Source: Thermoanaerobaculia bacterium (GTDB lineage Bacteria; Acidobacteriota; Thermoanaerobaculia; UBA5066). Taken from it: a stretch of DNA of 32,412 nt. Shown one piece after another: positions 1 through 8,275 of this stretch. Under the pieces are notes generated by a model. It saw only the letters and a program-made list of their open reading frames with translations. It made no database searches and was not told the origin of the DNA. The stretch covers positions 1-32,412 of the forward strand of contig JBDSFL010000567.1 of NCBI GenBank assembly GCA_039919545.1, given 5' to 3'. Within the stretch, counting starts at the first letter, position 1. Every line of letters begins with the position of its first letter. The position numbers and the translations under genes are program-made.

Positions 1-517
1 CGTTGGTCGTGTCGTTGAGCGAGATCCGAAAAAGGATGCGAACGAAGAGGTTCACCAGCCGATTCAGCCGGAGCTTCAGCCAGGGGTAGTCGATGACACC
101 GCCGCCGGCCACGAATCGGCTCCCGAAAACGCATTCCCAGCCCTGATTCAGCACCTGCCAGTAGCGCACCGCATCACGACAATCGTCACTCTCGTCCGCC
201 ATGACGATCACCACGGCATCTCCGGTGGCCGCTTCGAGCCCCACGATCACCGTACGACCAAAGCCGTGCGCCCCCGTGTTCCTGACAGGACGAAGCTGGG
301 GCAGACGTTTCTGAACTTCTTCGAGAATGGCCCAGGTGCCGTCGGTGCTCCCGTCGTCGACCACCACGATCTCGTGGTCGATGCGGTGTAAACGAAGCTC
401 GAGGTGGAAATGCTCGATCGTCGACTCGATGCAGCCCGCCTCGTCACGGGCCGGAATGATGACCGACAATTTCGTGAGCGGCGGCAGGGAGGGGTCCGGG
501 CCTCGGCCTTTTCTCAT
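1..517 (-). CDS. Glycosyltransferase family 2 (GT-A fold), partial; the 3' end lies left of the window
   Basis: Not in the ORF track because it runs off the edge. My reverse-complement translation from the ATG (comp. 515-517) reads MRKGRGPDPSLPPLTKLSVIIPARDEAGCIESTIEHFHLELRLHRIDHEIVVVDDGSTDGTWAILEEVQKRLPQLRPVRNTGAHGFGRTVIVGLEAATGDAVVIVMADESDD... This has the SVIIP...VDDGSTD...acidic-motif layout of GT2/DPM1-like enzymes. It lies 43 nt downstream of the epimerase gene on the same strand. Confidence 0.8.
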   Translation of the reverse strand, partial: MRKGRGPDPSLPPLTKLSVIIPARDEAGCIESTIEHFHLELRLHRIDHEIVVVDDGSTDGTWAILEEVQKRLPQLRPVRNTGAHGFGRTVIVGLEAATGDAVVIVMADESDDCRDAVRYWQVLNQGWECVFGSRFVAGGGVIDYPWLKLRLNRLVNLFVRILFRISLNDTTN

Positions 518-560
518 ATGTTCGCCGTCGCCCACGACTGGAGGTGGACGGTCATCACGG

Positions 561-1616
561 TCACGACGGGACTCGGTGCCGCCATGCCTCTACGATCTGG
601 CGAATCGTCTCGTCGAGCGAGATCGTGATGTCCCACGAGGGATAGTGGCTCTTCATCTTGCGCAGATCACTGTAGTAGCAAATGTGGTCGCCCAGGCGGT
701 TCTGCTCCGCGTAGGCATGGATCTGGGTGATGCCCGTATACGTCTCGGCGAGCCGGAAGGCTTCGAGCACGCTGCAGGAGTTCGCCTTTCCGCCCCCGAG
801 GTTGTACACCTCGCCGCGGCGCGGGTCGCGGATGAACGCGTCGATGAACCGTGCGACGTCGACCGCGTGGATGTTGTCGCGCACCTGCTTCCCGAGATAC
901 CCGAACACCTTGTACTCGCGCCTCTCGAGGTTGCATTTCACGAGGTAGCTCAGGAACCCGTGCAGCTCGACACCGCTGTGGTTCGGGCCGGTCAGGCAGC
1001 CTCCCCGAAGGCAGCAGGTGGGCATGCCGAAGTAGCGTCCGTATTCCTGAACCATGACGTCTGCCGCGACCTTGCTGGCACCGAACAGGCTGTGCATGCT
1101 CTGGTCGATCGGAAACGTCTCCGGAATTCCCTCGCTGAACCCGGGATCGGCGTAGTCCCAGCGCGTTTCGAGCTCCACGAGCGGAATCCGGTTGGGCGCA
1201 TCCCCATAGACCTTGTTCGTACTGAGGTAGACGAACGGAGAGTCCGGGCAGGAACGCCGGGCGCCCTCGAGCAGGTTCAGCGTTCCGACGGCATTCGTGT
1301 CGAAGTCCTCGAAGGGAATCGCGGCGGCACGATCATGCGAGGGTTGCGCGGCAGCATGAACGATGGCGCCGGGCCGGAGCTCCGCGAGGAGGCTCGCGAC
1401 GCCTTGCCGGTCGCGAATGTCGAGCTCGTGGTGAACGAACCCTGGAACGGATCGGAGAAGCCGCTCCTGGTTCCAGCGCGTATCACCTGCGGGCCCGAAG
1501 AATGCCGCCCGCTGGTTGTTGTCCAGGCCGTGAACGAGAAAGCCATTCGCCCCCAGAAAGCTCACGACCTCGCTCCCGACGAGTCCGGAGGAGCCGGTGA
1601 CCAAGGCGACCTTCAC
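561..1616 (-). CDS. NAD-dependent epimerase/dehydratase (extended SDR, CDP-paratose 2-epimerase-like)
   Basis: 351-aa ORF with a GTG start. It has the N-terminal Rossmann motif [18 protein letters not shown], the catalytic YxxxK context [21 protein letters not shown] and [14 protein letters not shown]. This matches my memory of the RfbE-type epimerase layout. Confidence 0.88.
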   Translation of the reverse strand: MKVALVTGSSGLVGSEVVSFLGANGFLVHGLDNNQRAAFFGPAGDTRWNQERLLRSVPGFVHHELDIRDRQGVASLLAELRPGAIVHAAAQPSHDRAAAIPFEDFDTNAVGTLNLLEGARRSCPDSPFVYLSTNKVYGDAPNRIPLVELETRWDYADPGFSEGIPETFPIDQSMHSLFGASKVAADVMVQEYGRYFGMPTCCLRGGCLTGPNHSGVELHGFLSYLVKCNLERREYKVFGYLGKQVRDNIHAVDVARFIDAFIRDPRRGEVYNLGGGKANSCSVLEAFRLAETYTGITQIHAYAEQNRLGDHICYYSDLRKMKSHYPSWDITISLDETIRQIVEAWRHRVPS

Positions 1617-1664
1617 GGCTTCGCTCCACGGCCACGACCCGGATTCTCAATCATGAGCCGGAGC

Positions 1665-1700
1665 GCTTCCAGAGAGGAAGCTCAACGAAGCCGTTTCGTT
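1665..1700 (-). terminator. Two adjacent 6-bp hairpins between the GT-C-like gene and the epimerase gene (possible terminator or attenuator)
   Basis: The hairpins are gcttcc-agaga-ggaagc (1665-1681) and aacgaa-gccgt-ttcgtt (1684-1700), inside the 154-nt gap 1617-1770. The stems are short and no U-tract follows. Confidence 0.2.
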
Positions 1701-1770
1701 CCATCAAGGCTGGCGAGGATACTTCAAAGTGAAGGAATCCCCATGACGCAGACCTGCCGCGATCAGCCCT

Positions 1771-3504
1771 TCAGGGAAGCAAACCGTTCGCGAAGCCGTT
1801 GAACGCCAGACCCAGGTCGCGCCCGGCGAGGAGAGCCCCTCCCTGCCGAGTGATCTGGCTCGAGTACACGGGAAAGCTCATGGCACGCGGTGCGCCGGCG
1901 CCAGTCGCCGAGTCCGACGAGACGCGTACGACCAGCAGATCACCTCGGCGGACGGCGAGCCCCGCCGACAACCGCACAGGGACCCATGTGCTGCCGCGCA
2001 TTGCCCGCAGCTCCACGACAGCACCCACGATCTTTCGATCGTTCGCGTCGATGTCGATATTCAGAACACCCTGGCCGCCGGCGGCGGCCGGAGTGATCAG
2101 GACGCCGACGTCCCGAAGAGTGTCGACGGGGCAGAGGATCTTCGACACCAGCTCCGATCCTCGAACGATGGCTTTCGTGGGTAGGCCTTCGAGCGGTCGC
2201 GCCACGAGAAGCGCATCGACTCTCTTTCGGCATGGGCCGAGCTTCGCCGCTTGAAGGCAAGCGGCGATCCGCCGAACCTCGGACAGGTGATAGACATCCC
2301 GCAGATTTTCGTCTGGCTGAGTCTGGATGTTCTGGATCTCGTACCTGTGCAACCTCCTCGTCCTGCCCCACGCCTCCATGCGCGGATAGGCCGTGACCGC
2401 AGCGACCACCCAACCCACGCCGACGAGCCAGCCACAAGCCAGGAGCAGCGTGCGCCCGAACTGGCTGTTTCGTTGCCCTGCAAGACTCAAGACAATGCCA
2501 ATCATGGCGAATATCGTGTACGTCACGTACTTGGATTCGGCGGCTCCCTCGAGGCCGAAGCGGTAGCGGCCGAGTCCGATCACCGCGGCGCTCCCGACGC
2601 CGATCAGCGTGAGACCGATCAAGCCCGCGTGCGCCGTCCATTTCGCTGTCGCAAGAGTCCCGAACAGCGCCATGACGATGAGCAATGTCATCGCAACACC
2701 CACCACGATCGACCACCGAATGGAGCTCCCGGCGAAGGGAGAGCCCAGGCTGGTCAGCGCCGCCAGAGCAATTCGTACGGCTGCATCCAGCGTCCATTCC
2801 GTTGGCTGGTGCGGCGCCGGGACTTGATACTTGCTGAAGTAAGCGGCCACCAGTGTCGCCGAGGCCAGGAGCCACGCCCGACGACGGGCGACGGATTGGC
2901 GATTCAGGCACAGAACGACGAATCCGATTGGAAACACGATGATTCCGTTCAGGGTCGAGAACAGCGCGACGAACGACGCTGCGATGGCTGCCACGAACGA
3001 GCGTCGCGTCTTCCGCAAGAGAAAAACGAGAGTCCACACCATGCCGGCAACCGTGAAGTAATGGCACGTCATCAGACCGTACAGCATGTTCATGTGCTGC
3101 GCGGGAATGCACAAAAGAAGCGGGACAGGCCAGAAACGCCACGCCGGCTCGTCGACCGCGGTCCGATAGAGGTTCCAGATTCCGAACGCGACCAAGCCGA
3201 CGAGGACGGCGCTCACGTACATCTCGGCCACGGGATTCCAGTCCGTGAAGTATCCGAGCCCCAGCATGGCCATCTTCGTCCAGACGATCCGATGCTCGTT
3301 GTGCTGACGGAACATCCACCAGAGCCAGGGGCGTCCGTGGCCGATGTCGACGAAGAGATCGGCGTAATAGTATTCGTCCCAGGCCTGCACGGCCTGGCCA
3401 AAAACCGCGACGATGGCCGCTTGGACCGCGACCGGCGCGACAACGAACAAGGGCAGGAGCCGTGATCGGGAGGGTCGCGAGCCGTCCGGCTGGGGCCCGG
3501 TCAT
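1771..3504 (-). CDS. Polytopic membrane protein, GT-C-like glycosyltransferase candidate, with a soluble C-terminal domain of about 150 aa
   Basis: This is the ORF 1771..3555. I place the start at the internal ATG 3504 (MTGPQPDG...), which forms an ATGA overlap with the stop of the upstream lipoprotein gene (tcat at 3501-3504). Many hydrophobic segments are present. An acidic motif follows the first helix (QAWDEYYYADLF), as in GT-C first periplasmic loops. The C-terminal part (VDTLRDVGVLITP...VRVSSDSATG...) is non-hydrophobic. The function is inferred, not a recognised family match. Confidence 0.65.
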   Translation of the reverse strand: MTGPQPDGSRPSRSRLLPLFVVAPVAVQAAIVAVFGQAVQAWDEYYYADLFVDIGHGRPWLWWMFRQHNEHRIVWTKMAMLGLGYFTDWNPVAEMYVSAVLVGLVAFGIWNLYRTAVDEPAWRFWPVPLLLCIPAQHMNMLYGLMTCHYFTVAGMVWTLVFLLRKTRRSFVAAIAASFVALFSTLNGIIVFPIGFVVLCLNRQSVARRRAWLLASATLVAAYFSKYQVPAPHQPTEWTLDAAVRIALAALTSLGSPFAGSSIRWSIVVGVAMTLLIVMALFGTLATAKWTAHAGLIGLTLIGVGSAAVIGLGRYRFGLEGAAESKYVTYTIFAMIGIVLSLAGQRNSQFGRTLLLACGWLVGVGWVVAAVTAYPRMEAWGRTRRLHRYEIQNIQTQPDENLRDVYHLSEVRRIAACLQAAKLGPCRKRVDALLVARPLEGLPTKAIVRGSELVSKILCPVDTLRDVGVLITPAAAGGQGVLNIDIDANDRKIVGAVVELRAMRGSTWVPVRLSAGLAVRRGDLLVVRVSSDSATGAGAPRAMSFPVYSSQITRQGGALLAGRDLGLAFNGFANGLLP

Positions 3505-4022
3505 CGGACTCTCACGGGAATCACGAGATCTGCCGCGCCCCTGGTGTCGAACCACGAAACGAGCTCCTGCAAGAGCTCGAATCGCAGCAGGTATTCCCCT
3601 GGGTCCCGCGGACCCCTGACGTTGACGAGCAAGGTCACCGTTTCGCCTGGCGCGAGCGATCGAGGGAGATCGACCCGGTTACCGGTTCGTCCTGCTTCTT
3701 CGGCTGGAGTCTGAATCCACTGGTGACTGAGCCGGACTGCAAACCCGCCATTGCGTTTCGCTGGATCCCCGGCGAGCACATCGGGCCAGACCTTGTCCGA
3801 CCGATTCGTGAACGTGATACGGACATCGAGATCGGCATTCACCGGAATGGCAGCCGGGACGTCGTGCGGCCCCCACTGAACGTTGAATCCCGAGCTGGCG
3901 AGCGGTTCCCTCGCGGCCGGCATCACGACGATCGTTTCCCTTTCGGCGAAGGGTCTCTCCCTCGGATTGCAGGCGCAGACAAGCAGAGTCACGCAAAAGC
4001 ACCAGCAAGGGAGCGACCGCAT
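3501..4022 (-). CDS. Secreted protein or lipoprotein with an Ig-like domain (LVxExVxWF family, copy A)
   Basis: This is the ORF 3501..4127. The likely start is ATG 4022 (MRSLPCWCFCVTLLVCAC..., a signal or lipobox-like N-terminus). The C-terminal domain ...VRITFTNRSDKVWP...FAVRLSHQWI...LPRSLAPGETVTLLVNVRGPRDPGEYLLRFELLQELVSWFDTRG is paralogous to 5322..5858 and to the C-terminus of 22583..24613. Confidence 0.7.
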   Translation of the reverse strand: MRSLPCWCFCVTLLVCACNPRERPFAERETIVVMPAAREPLASSGFNVQWGPHDVPAAIPVNADLDVRITFTNRSDKVWPDVLAGDPAKRNGGFAVRLSHQWIQTPAEEAGRTGNRVDLPRSLAPGETVTLLVNVRGPRDPGEYLLRFELLQELVSWFDTRGAADLVIPVRVR

Positions 4023-4319
4023 CCCTTGATCGTGGCATGCGCACCCGGGAGGGTCAATTGGATCGGCCGTGACCACGAAAAATGACGAAGCTCTCTGTCG
4101 ACTTCCGCTGGAATCCTTCCAGGGCACCCCTCCTCAGCGATCTCCACCTCAAGTCGTCACGATTCCGTGTCCGATCTCCCCGAGGAAGCACGAGGGGGGG
4201 ACAAGGGGGCTGACCACGTTCGTCCCACGAGGATTCTCCACGAGCGGAGTGACTGCTACGGAATCATCATTTCGGGCGGATTCGATCCGGCCGACCCGTC
4301 GGTGACGAAGGAGGCACGC

Positions 4320-5132
4320 TCAGTCGCGCCCGAGCCTGTGGGCATCAACGGGAGAGAGAGGAGGCCTCTTGAGACCGAGCGGTGCCACATCGGCCGGAAA
4401 TTCCGCATGAACGGTACCTGGCTGCCATTTCTTCATCTGGATTTGCCATTGAAAGCCACGAAGCGTGGGGGCGACGATCGAGGAGAGACTCAGCCCCGCG
4501 TTCTCCGCCGTCCTGCGAAGCCAGGCTTTGTCGAAAATGACCGCGTTCGTCGGGTCGGTATCATTGATGAAGAGAGCATTCTGAAATTCTTGCATCATCG
4601 GAAACTCTGATTTTTCAAAAAGAAACCAAGTCGTGATTGCAATTCCATCCTCGTGAAGAACCCGGCCGAGCTCCCGCAGGTAGAACGCAGCCGCAGCCTC
4701 ATTCACATGGGTGAACACGGACCAGGCTACAAAAAGAGTCACCGAAGAATCTTCTACAGGGAATGGAAGCATCCCGACCATTCCCTCGGGATTGAATCCG
4801 CGGTTCCATACGTCGTGGTGACGAAACTCGAAATTGGAAGCGACACGCGACAAGTTCCGTCGACACCAGTCGACCATTCCCGAATGGAGATCGATCCCGA
4901 GGTAGCGGCCCGGTGCCGGATGCTGCTGAATCAGTTTGCGCGCCACCCTCCCGCATCCGCATCCGAAGTCGAACACGACGTCGTAGGCCGCGGGGGGAAT
5001 TCCGGGAAACACGAGATCCCCAGTCGGGTTGTCGTAGAAACTCTCTTCCAGAGGTCCCACGAGGGCCATGAGTTCGAGCGGTGGAAACGGGATGGGGAGA
5101 CCTGTCGGGGAGACCGCGTCTGGTCCCTGCAT
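4320..5132 (-). CDS. Class I SAM-dependent methyltransferase
   Basis: This is the ORF 4320..5540. The upstream 136 codons overlap the divergent lipoprotein gene and its promoter, so I start at ATG 5132 (MQGPDAVSP...). Motif I is DVVFDFGCGCGRVARKL, followed by YLGIDL and VTLFVAWSVFTHV. Confidence 0.82.
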   Translation of the reverse strand: MQGPDAVSPTGLPIPFPPLELMALVGPLEESFYDNPTGDLVFPGIPPAAYDVVFDFGCGCGRVARKLIQQHPAPGRYLGIDLHSGMVDWCRRNLSRVASNFEFRHHDVWNRGFNPEGMVGMLPFPVEDSSVTLFVAWSVFTHVNEAAAAFYLRELGRVLHEDGIAITTWFLFEKSEFPMMQEFQNALFINDTDPTNAVIFDKAWLRRTAENAGLSLSSIVAPTLRGFQWQIQMKKWQPGTVHAEFPADVAPLGLKRPPLSPVDAHRLGRD

Positions 5133-5286
5133 CACGCGAGTCCCGAGCAATGACCGCAACGATCGACAGGCGGTACGAGTTTGTTGGTGGTCAAGAGCAT
5201 GTCCCTTTCTCCTTGCGGGAGATGTTGATCTTAAGGCAGCTCGACGCGCGGGCGGAACCGCATCGGAGATCTTCGATCGGCAGGAA

Positions 5287-5314
5287 TCGACAGATGAAAT
5301 CGTTCGGTTAGAAT
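5287..5314 (+). promoter_or_regulatory. Sigma70-like promoter candidate for the lipoprotein/C25 peptidase unit, probably leaderless
   Basis: The -35 is TCGACA (5287-5292), followed by a 16-nt spacer and the -10 TAGAAT (5309-5314). Only 7 nt (cggcggc) separate the -10 from ATG 5322, and there is no Shine-Dalgarno sequence. Confidence 0.35.
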
Positions 5315-5321
5315 CGGCGGC

Positions 5322-5858
5322 ATGACATCCTTCCATCGTCACGGCCATGCGATCGCTCTGAACGCGGCTCGCGCGCTCAGCCTCGTTTTCGGCTTCTCGC
5401 TCCTCGTGAGCTGCGGTCGTCCATCCGGTCCCGCCGCCCCCGCCGCCCCCGCCGCTCCGGTTCATGGCAAATATCTCCTGCTCTGGGAAAGCAACGATTC
5501 GCCGAGCTCGATGCGCCATGACTCGGAGGCGCTTGTGCATGTTTCGGCCAAGAACTCAGGCGATTGGCCTTGGCCGAACCCGGCCGCCGCGAGCCCGACC
5601 AACCCGACGGGGATGTACGCCGTGCGGCTGGCCTACCGCTGGCTGCGTGAAGACGGCAGCCTCGCCGGAGAGTATCCGACGCGCGCCGACCTTCCGGTCA
5701 GCGTGCCTCCGGGCGGAACGGCCACCTTCACGATCAAGGTGATCGCCCCTCCTTCGCCCGGGAAGTATCAGCTCCAGTTCGATCTCGTCGAGGAGCTGGT
5801 GACCTGGTTCGAAGGGAAGGGAAATCCGAAGCTCCTGGTTCCGGTCACGGTCGAGTAG
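5322..5858 (+). CDS. Lipoprotein with an Ig-like domain (LVxExVxWF family, copy B)
   Basis: 178 aa. The signal has a canonical lipobox (FGFSLLVSC|G), followed by a PAAPAAPAAP linker. The domain reads ...VHVSAKNSGDWPWP...YAVRLAYRWL...LPVSVPPGGTATFTIKVIAPPSPGKYQLQFDLVEELVTWFEGKG. Confidence 0.82.
   Translation: MTSFHRHGHAIALNAARALSLVFGFSLLVSCGRPSGPAAPAAPAAPVHGKYLLLWESNDSPSSMRHDSEALVHVSAKNSGDWPWPNPAAASPTNPTGMYAVRLAYRWLREDGSLAGEYPTRADLPVSVPPGGTATFTIKVIAPPSPGKYQLQFDLVEELVTWFEGKGNPKLLVPVTVE
5431..5457 (+). repeat. 9-bp tandem repeat x3 (ccgccgccc ccgccgccc ccgccgctc) encoding the (PAA)n lipoprotein linker
   Basis: Read directly from the sequence. It lies immediately after the lipobox cysteine codon. 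Confidence 0.8.
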
Positions 5859-5900
5859 CGCTCTCCGCGCTCCAGGCGCGATCCGGCTATCATTCCGATC

Positions 5901-8246
5901 ATGGAAAACTTTCCCTTCCGGGGTCTGCGAAATCTGTCCGGGATCCTCCTGCTCGCGGTTTCAGGAACGGCCTGGACGGCGCCGATCACGAATATCCTGA
6001 TCGACCAGGACGGCGTCTGTCGCGTCTCCGACCGGGCTTTGATCGACTCCGGTCGGCGTTTCCAGGATAACGAGATCGCCCGGCTTGCCCTCCACCTTCG
6101 AGGGGCCGAAATCCCGCTTCTCGTCACGAAGCTTCCCGCCGGTTCTCCGGAGGGGCGGTTTTCACTGGAATTCACGGGGGAATTCGCCCGGGGTGAGAAG
6201 ACTTACCTGAACGAGTACACCTCCTCCAACGTCTATCGGCTGGATCCGCTGCCCGACGGCCAAAGCCCCAAGCGGATTCGTTCTGCGACCTCGACCCTGG
6301 CGTCCCGAAACGTATCTGCCGCGGAGGCTTCCGTCTTCACGGCCCATCACGAGCTGAACAAGAAGCTCATCCGCTTCAGCGGAAGCGAGATTCACGACGA
6401 GAGCTGGTTCTGGACCGTCGTCAGCGGCACGGATGAGGGTCCGACCTCCGTCGACATCCAGGCCGACAGCGTGGCCCCGCAGGGATCTTTCACGCTGAGA
6501 GTCGGCCTCTTCGGCTACTCGCACCTGCCCGCGAATCCGGATCACGGCATCGATGTCTCTTTCAACGGCAAGGCTCTGGGCAAGGCCGTCTGGGACGGCG
6601 AAGTCGCCTACGTTTTCGAGCGAACCCTGGACCAAGCGCTGTTGCACGAGGGGGGAAATTCCTTGACGCTCCGGGCCAAGGGAGAGGCCACGGCCGGAAT
6701 CGACCTCGCCCTCCTGGATTGGGTGGAGCTTTCGTATTCGCGCCGTCACGACCTCAGCCAGCGCGGACAGGTCTCCGTTTCCGCGCTTCCCGGCAGCACG
6801 GTCAAGATCCGCAGCGCTCAGCCGGTCACCCTGTTCGACGTCTCGGGCGCCTCGGCTCTCAGCGCTCCCTCCCGGAACGGCTTCGCCGAAGTTCAGCTGC
6901 CGAGTCTCGAGAGCAACAGGGCTCCCGCAACGCCGGTCCGCTGGACCGCCGTGAGGGATGGCAGCGCGCTTCCTCCCCGGGCGATCTCGACATCGGAAGG
7001 GCGAGACCTGAAGAACGCCTCGCTCGGCGCGGATCTCATCATCGTTTCCCACGAGCGCTTCCTGAAGGCTTCGGAGCGTCTGGCGCTCGCGCGGCGGGCG
7101 GAGGGGCTCAAGGTGGCGGTGGTCGCCGTTCAGGACGTCTACGACAATTTCCGCCACGGCTTCATCCATCCTGAGGCCCTCCGTGACTTTCTTCTGTACG
7201 CAAATCGCAGCTGGAAGGTCAAGCCGCGTTACGTTCTCTTCGTGGGCGACGCGAGCTGGGACTACAACAACACCGTCGTTTCCGATGCCGACTACACCGA
7301 CTGGAACTGGTGGCCGGAGAACCCCTGGGGGAAAAACGGCAGCAACGTCGCCGGCAAGACGAATCTGAGGAACGACCGACTCTTCATTCCGACGCACCAG
7401 TACCAGTCGCCGTGGGGACACGCGGCGTGCGACAACTACTTCGTATCGGAGGGGGGAGATGCTGGATCGGCTCTCATGGCCATCGGCCGGCTCCCTGTCG
7501 CCACGGAGGCCGAGGCGGACGCGACGATCGACAAGATCCTCGCCTACGACCGGCTGGCCCCCGGCTCTCTGAAGAACGCGCTCTTCATCACGAACGACGA
7601 GCAGGGTTTTCAGCTGCAGACCGATTCGCTGGTCGAGCTGGCCAAGCGGGAGGGCTACACGACCCACAAGGTGTATCCCAAGCACGAGCAGATGGACAAC
7701 GTCGAGAACACCAAGGCGCTCCTCGAGCAGTTCGATGCGGGCCAGGCGGTCGCGATTTTTTACGGGCACGGAGGCCGCTACATCTGGCGCACGGGTCCGC
7801 CGGATCTCAAGAAAAATCACGACCTCTTCACTCTCGAGCACCTCGATCAGCTCCAGGCGACGACCGGCATGCCCGTCGTCGTGAGCCTCACCTGCTACTC
7901 GGCTCCGTTCGATCATCCCGTGGCCGACTCGATCGGCGAGAAGTTTCTCCGCATCTCGGGGCGAGGCGCCATCGCGGTGATCGCGTCCACCTGGAGGAAC
8001 TCTCCGCCCATCCAGCTCGGCCAGAAGCTGCTCGAGCTGCTCGGAACGAACGATCACCCTCGCATCGGCGACGCCTACCTGGCGTCCAAGCGCGGAACCG
8101 ATCCGATCACGGCGGCGACCTATGTCCTGCTCGGCGATCCCTCGACGCCTTTCAAGGGACTTCGACAGTCCGACCGCCCCGCCTCCTCGACCCAGAAAGC
8201 TACGGCTGCGGTTCCGGAGGCCGGGAAGACCGAGAGCACGAAGTAG
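5901..8246 (+). CDS. Secreted peptidase family C25 (gingipain-like, clan CD cysteine peptidase)
   Basis: 781 aa with an N-terminal signal (LSGILLLAVSGTAWTAP). The C25-type core reads ADLIIVSHERF...LKVAVVAVQDVYD...RYVLFVGDASWDY. The catalytic His context is AIFYGHGGRYIW (His codon 7767-7769) and the Cys context is PVVVSLTCYSAPFD (Cys codon 7893-7895). It starts 42 nt after the lipoprotein gene. Confidence 0.82.
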   Translation: MENFPFRGLRNLSGILLLAVSGTAWTAPITNILIDQDGVCRVSDRALIDSGRRFQDNEIARLALHLRGAEIPLLVTKLPAGSPEGRFSLEFTGEFARGEKTYLNEYTSSNVYRLDPLPDGQSPKRIRSATSTLASRNVSAAEASVFTAHHELNKKLIRFSGSEIHDESWFWTVVSGTDEGPTSVDIQADSVAPQGSFTLRVGLFGYSHLPANPDHGIDVSFNGKALGKAVWDGEVAYVFERTLDQALLHEGGNSLTLRAKGEATAGIDLALLDWVELSYSRRHDLSQRGQVSVSALPGSTVKIRSAQPVTLFDVSGASALSAPSRNGFAEVQLPSLESNRAPATPVRWTAVRDGSALPPRAISTSEGRDLKNASLGADLIIVSHERFLKASERLALARRAEGLKVAVVAVQDVYDNFRHGFIHPEALRDFLLYANRSWKVKPRYVLFVGDASWDYNNTVVSDADYTDWNWWPENPWGKNGSNVAGKTNLRNDRLFIPTHQYQSPWGHAACDNYFVSEGGDAGSALMAIGRLPVATEAEADATIDKILAYDRLAPGSLKNALFITNDEQGFQLQTDSLVELAKREGYTTHKVYPKHEQMDNVENTKALLEQFDAGQAVAIFYGHGGRYIWRTGPPDLKKNHDLFTLEHLDQLQATTGMPVVVSLTCYSAPFDHPVADSIGEKFLRISGRGAIAVIASTWRNSPPIQLGQKLLELLGTNDHPRIGDAYLASKRGTDPITAATYVLLGDPSTPFKGLRQSDRPASSTQKATAAVPEAGKTESTK

Positions 8247-8275
8247 GAAGCAAGCCGACGAACCTGGGCCCCGGG

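Noticed and set aside
327-1802. A 491-aa plus-strand ORF
   Set aside because: It is antisense to the epimerase and GT2 genes, which have clear family motifs. Its composition is low-complexity and Arg-rich.
4189-4244. Repeated (C)CACGAG motifs in the 297-nt non-coding gap 4023-4319, and plus-strand ORFs 4069-4305 and 4167-4610
   Set aside because: The repeats are short and could be chance in GC-rich DNA. The ORFs have no motifs, no SD and odd composition. I cannot support a riboswitch or sRNA from sequence alone.
5133-5540. A 5' extension of the methyltransferase ORF, including a poly-Gly run (SGGGGGGGGTG)
   Set aside because: The poly-Gly is the antisense reading of the PAAPAAPAAP linker repeat in the plus-strand lipoprotein gene. 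The extension would also cover the divergent promoter.
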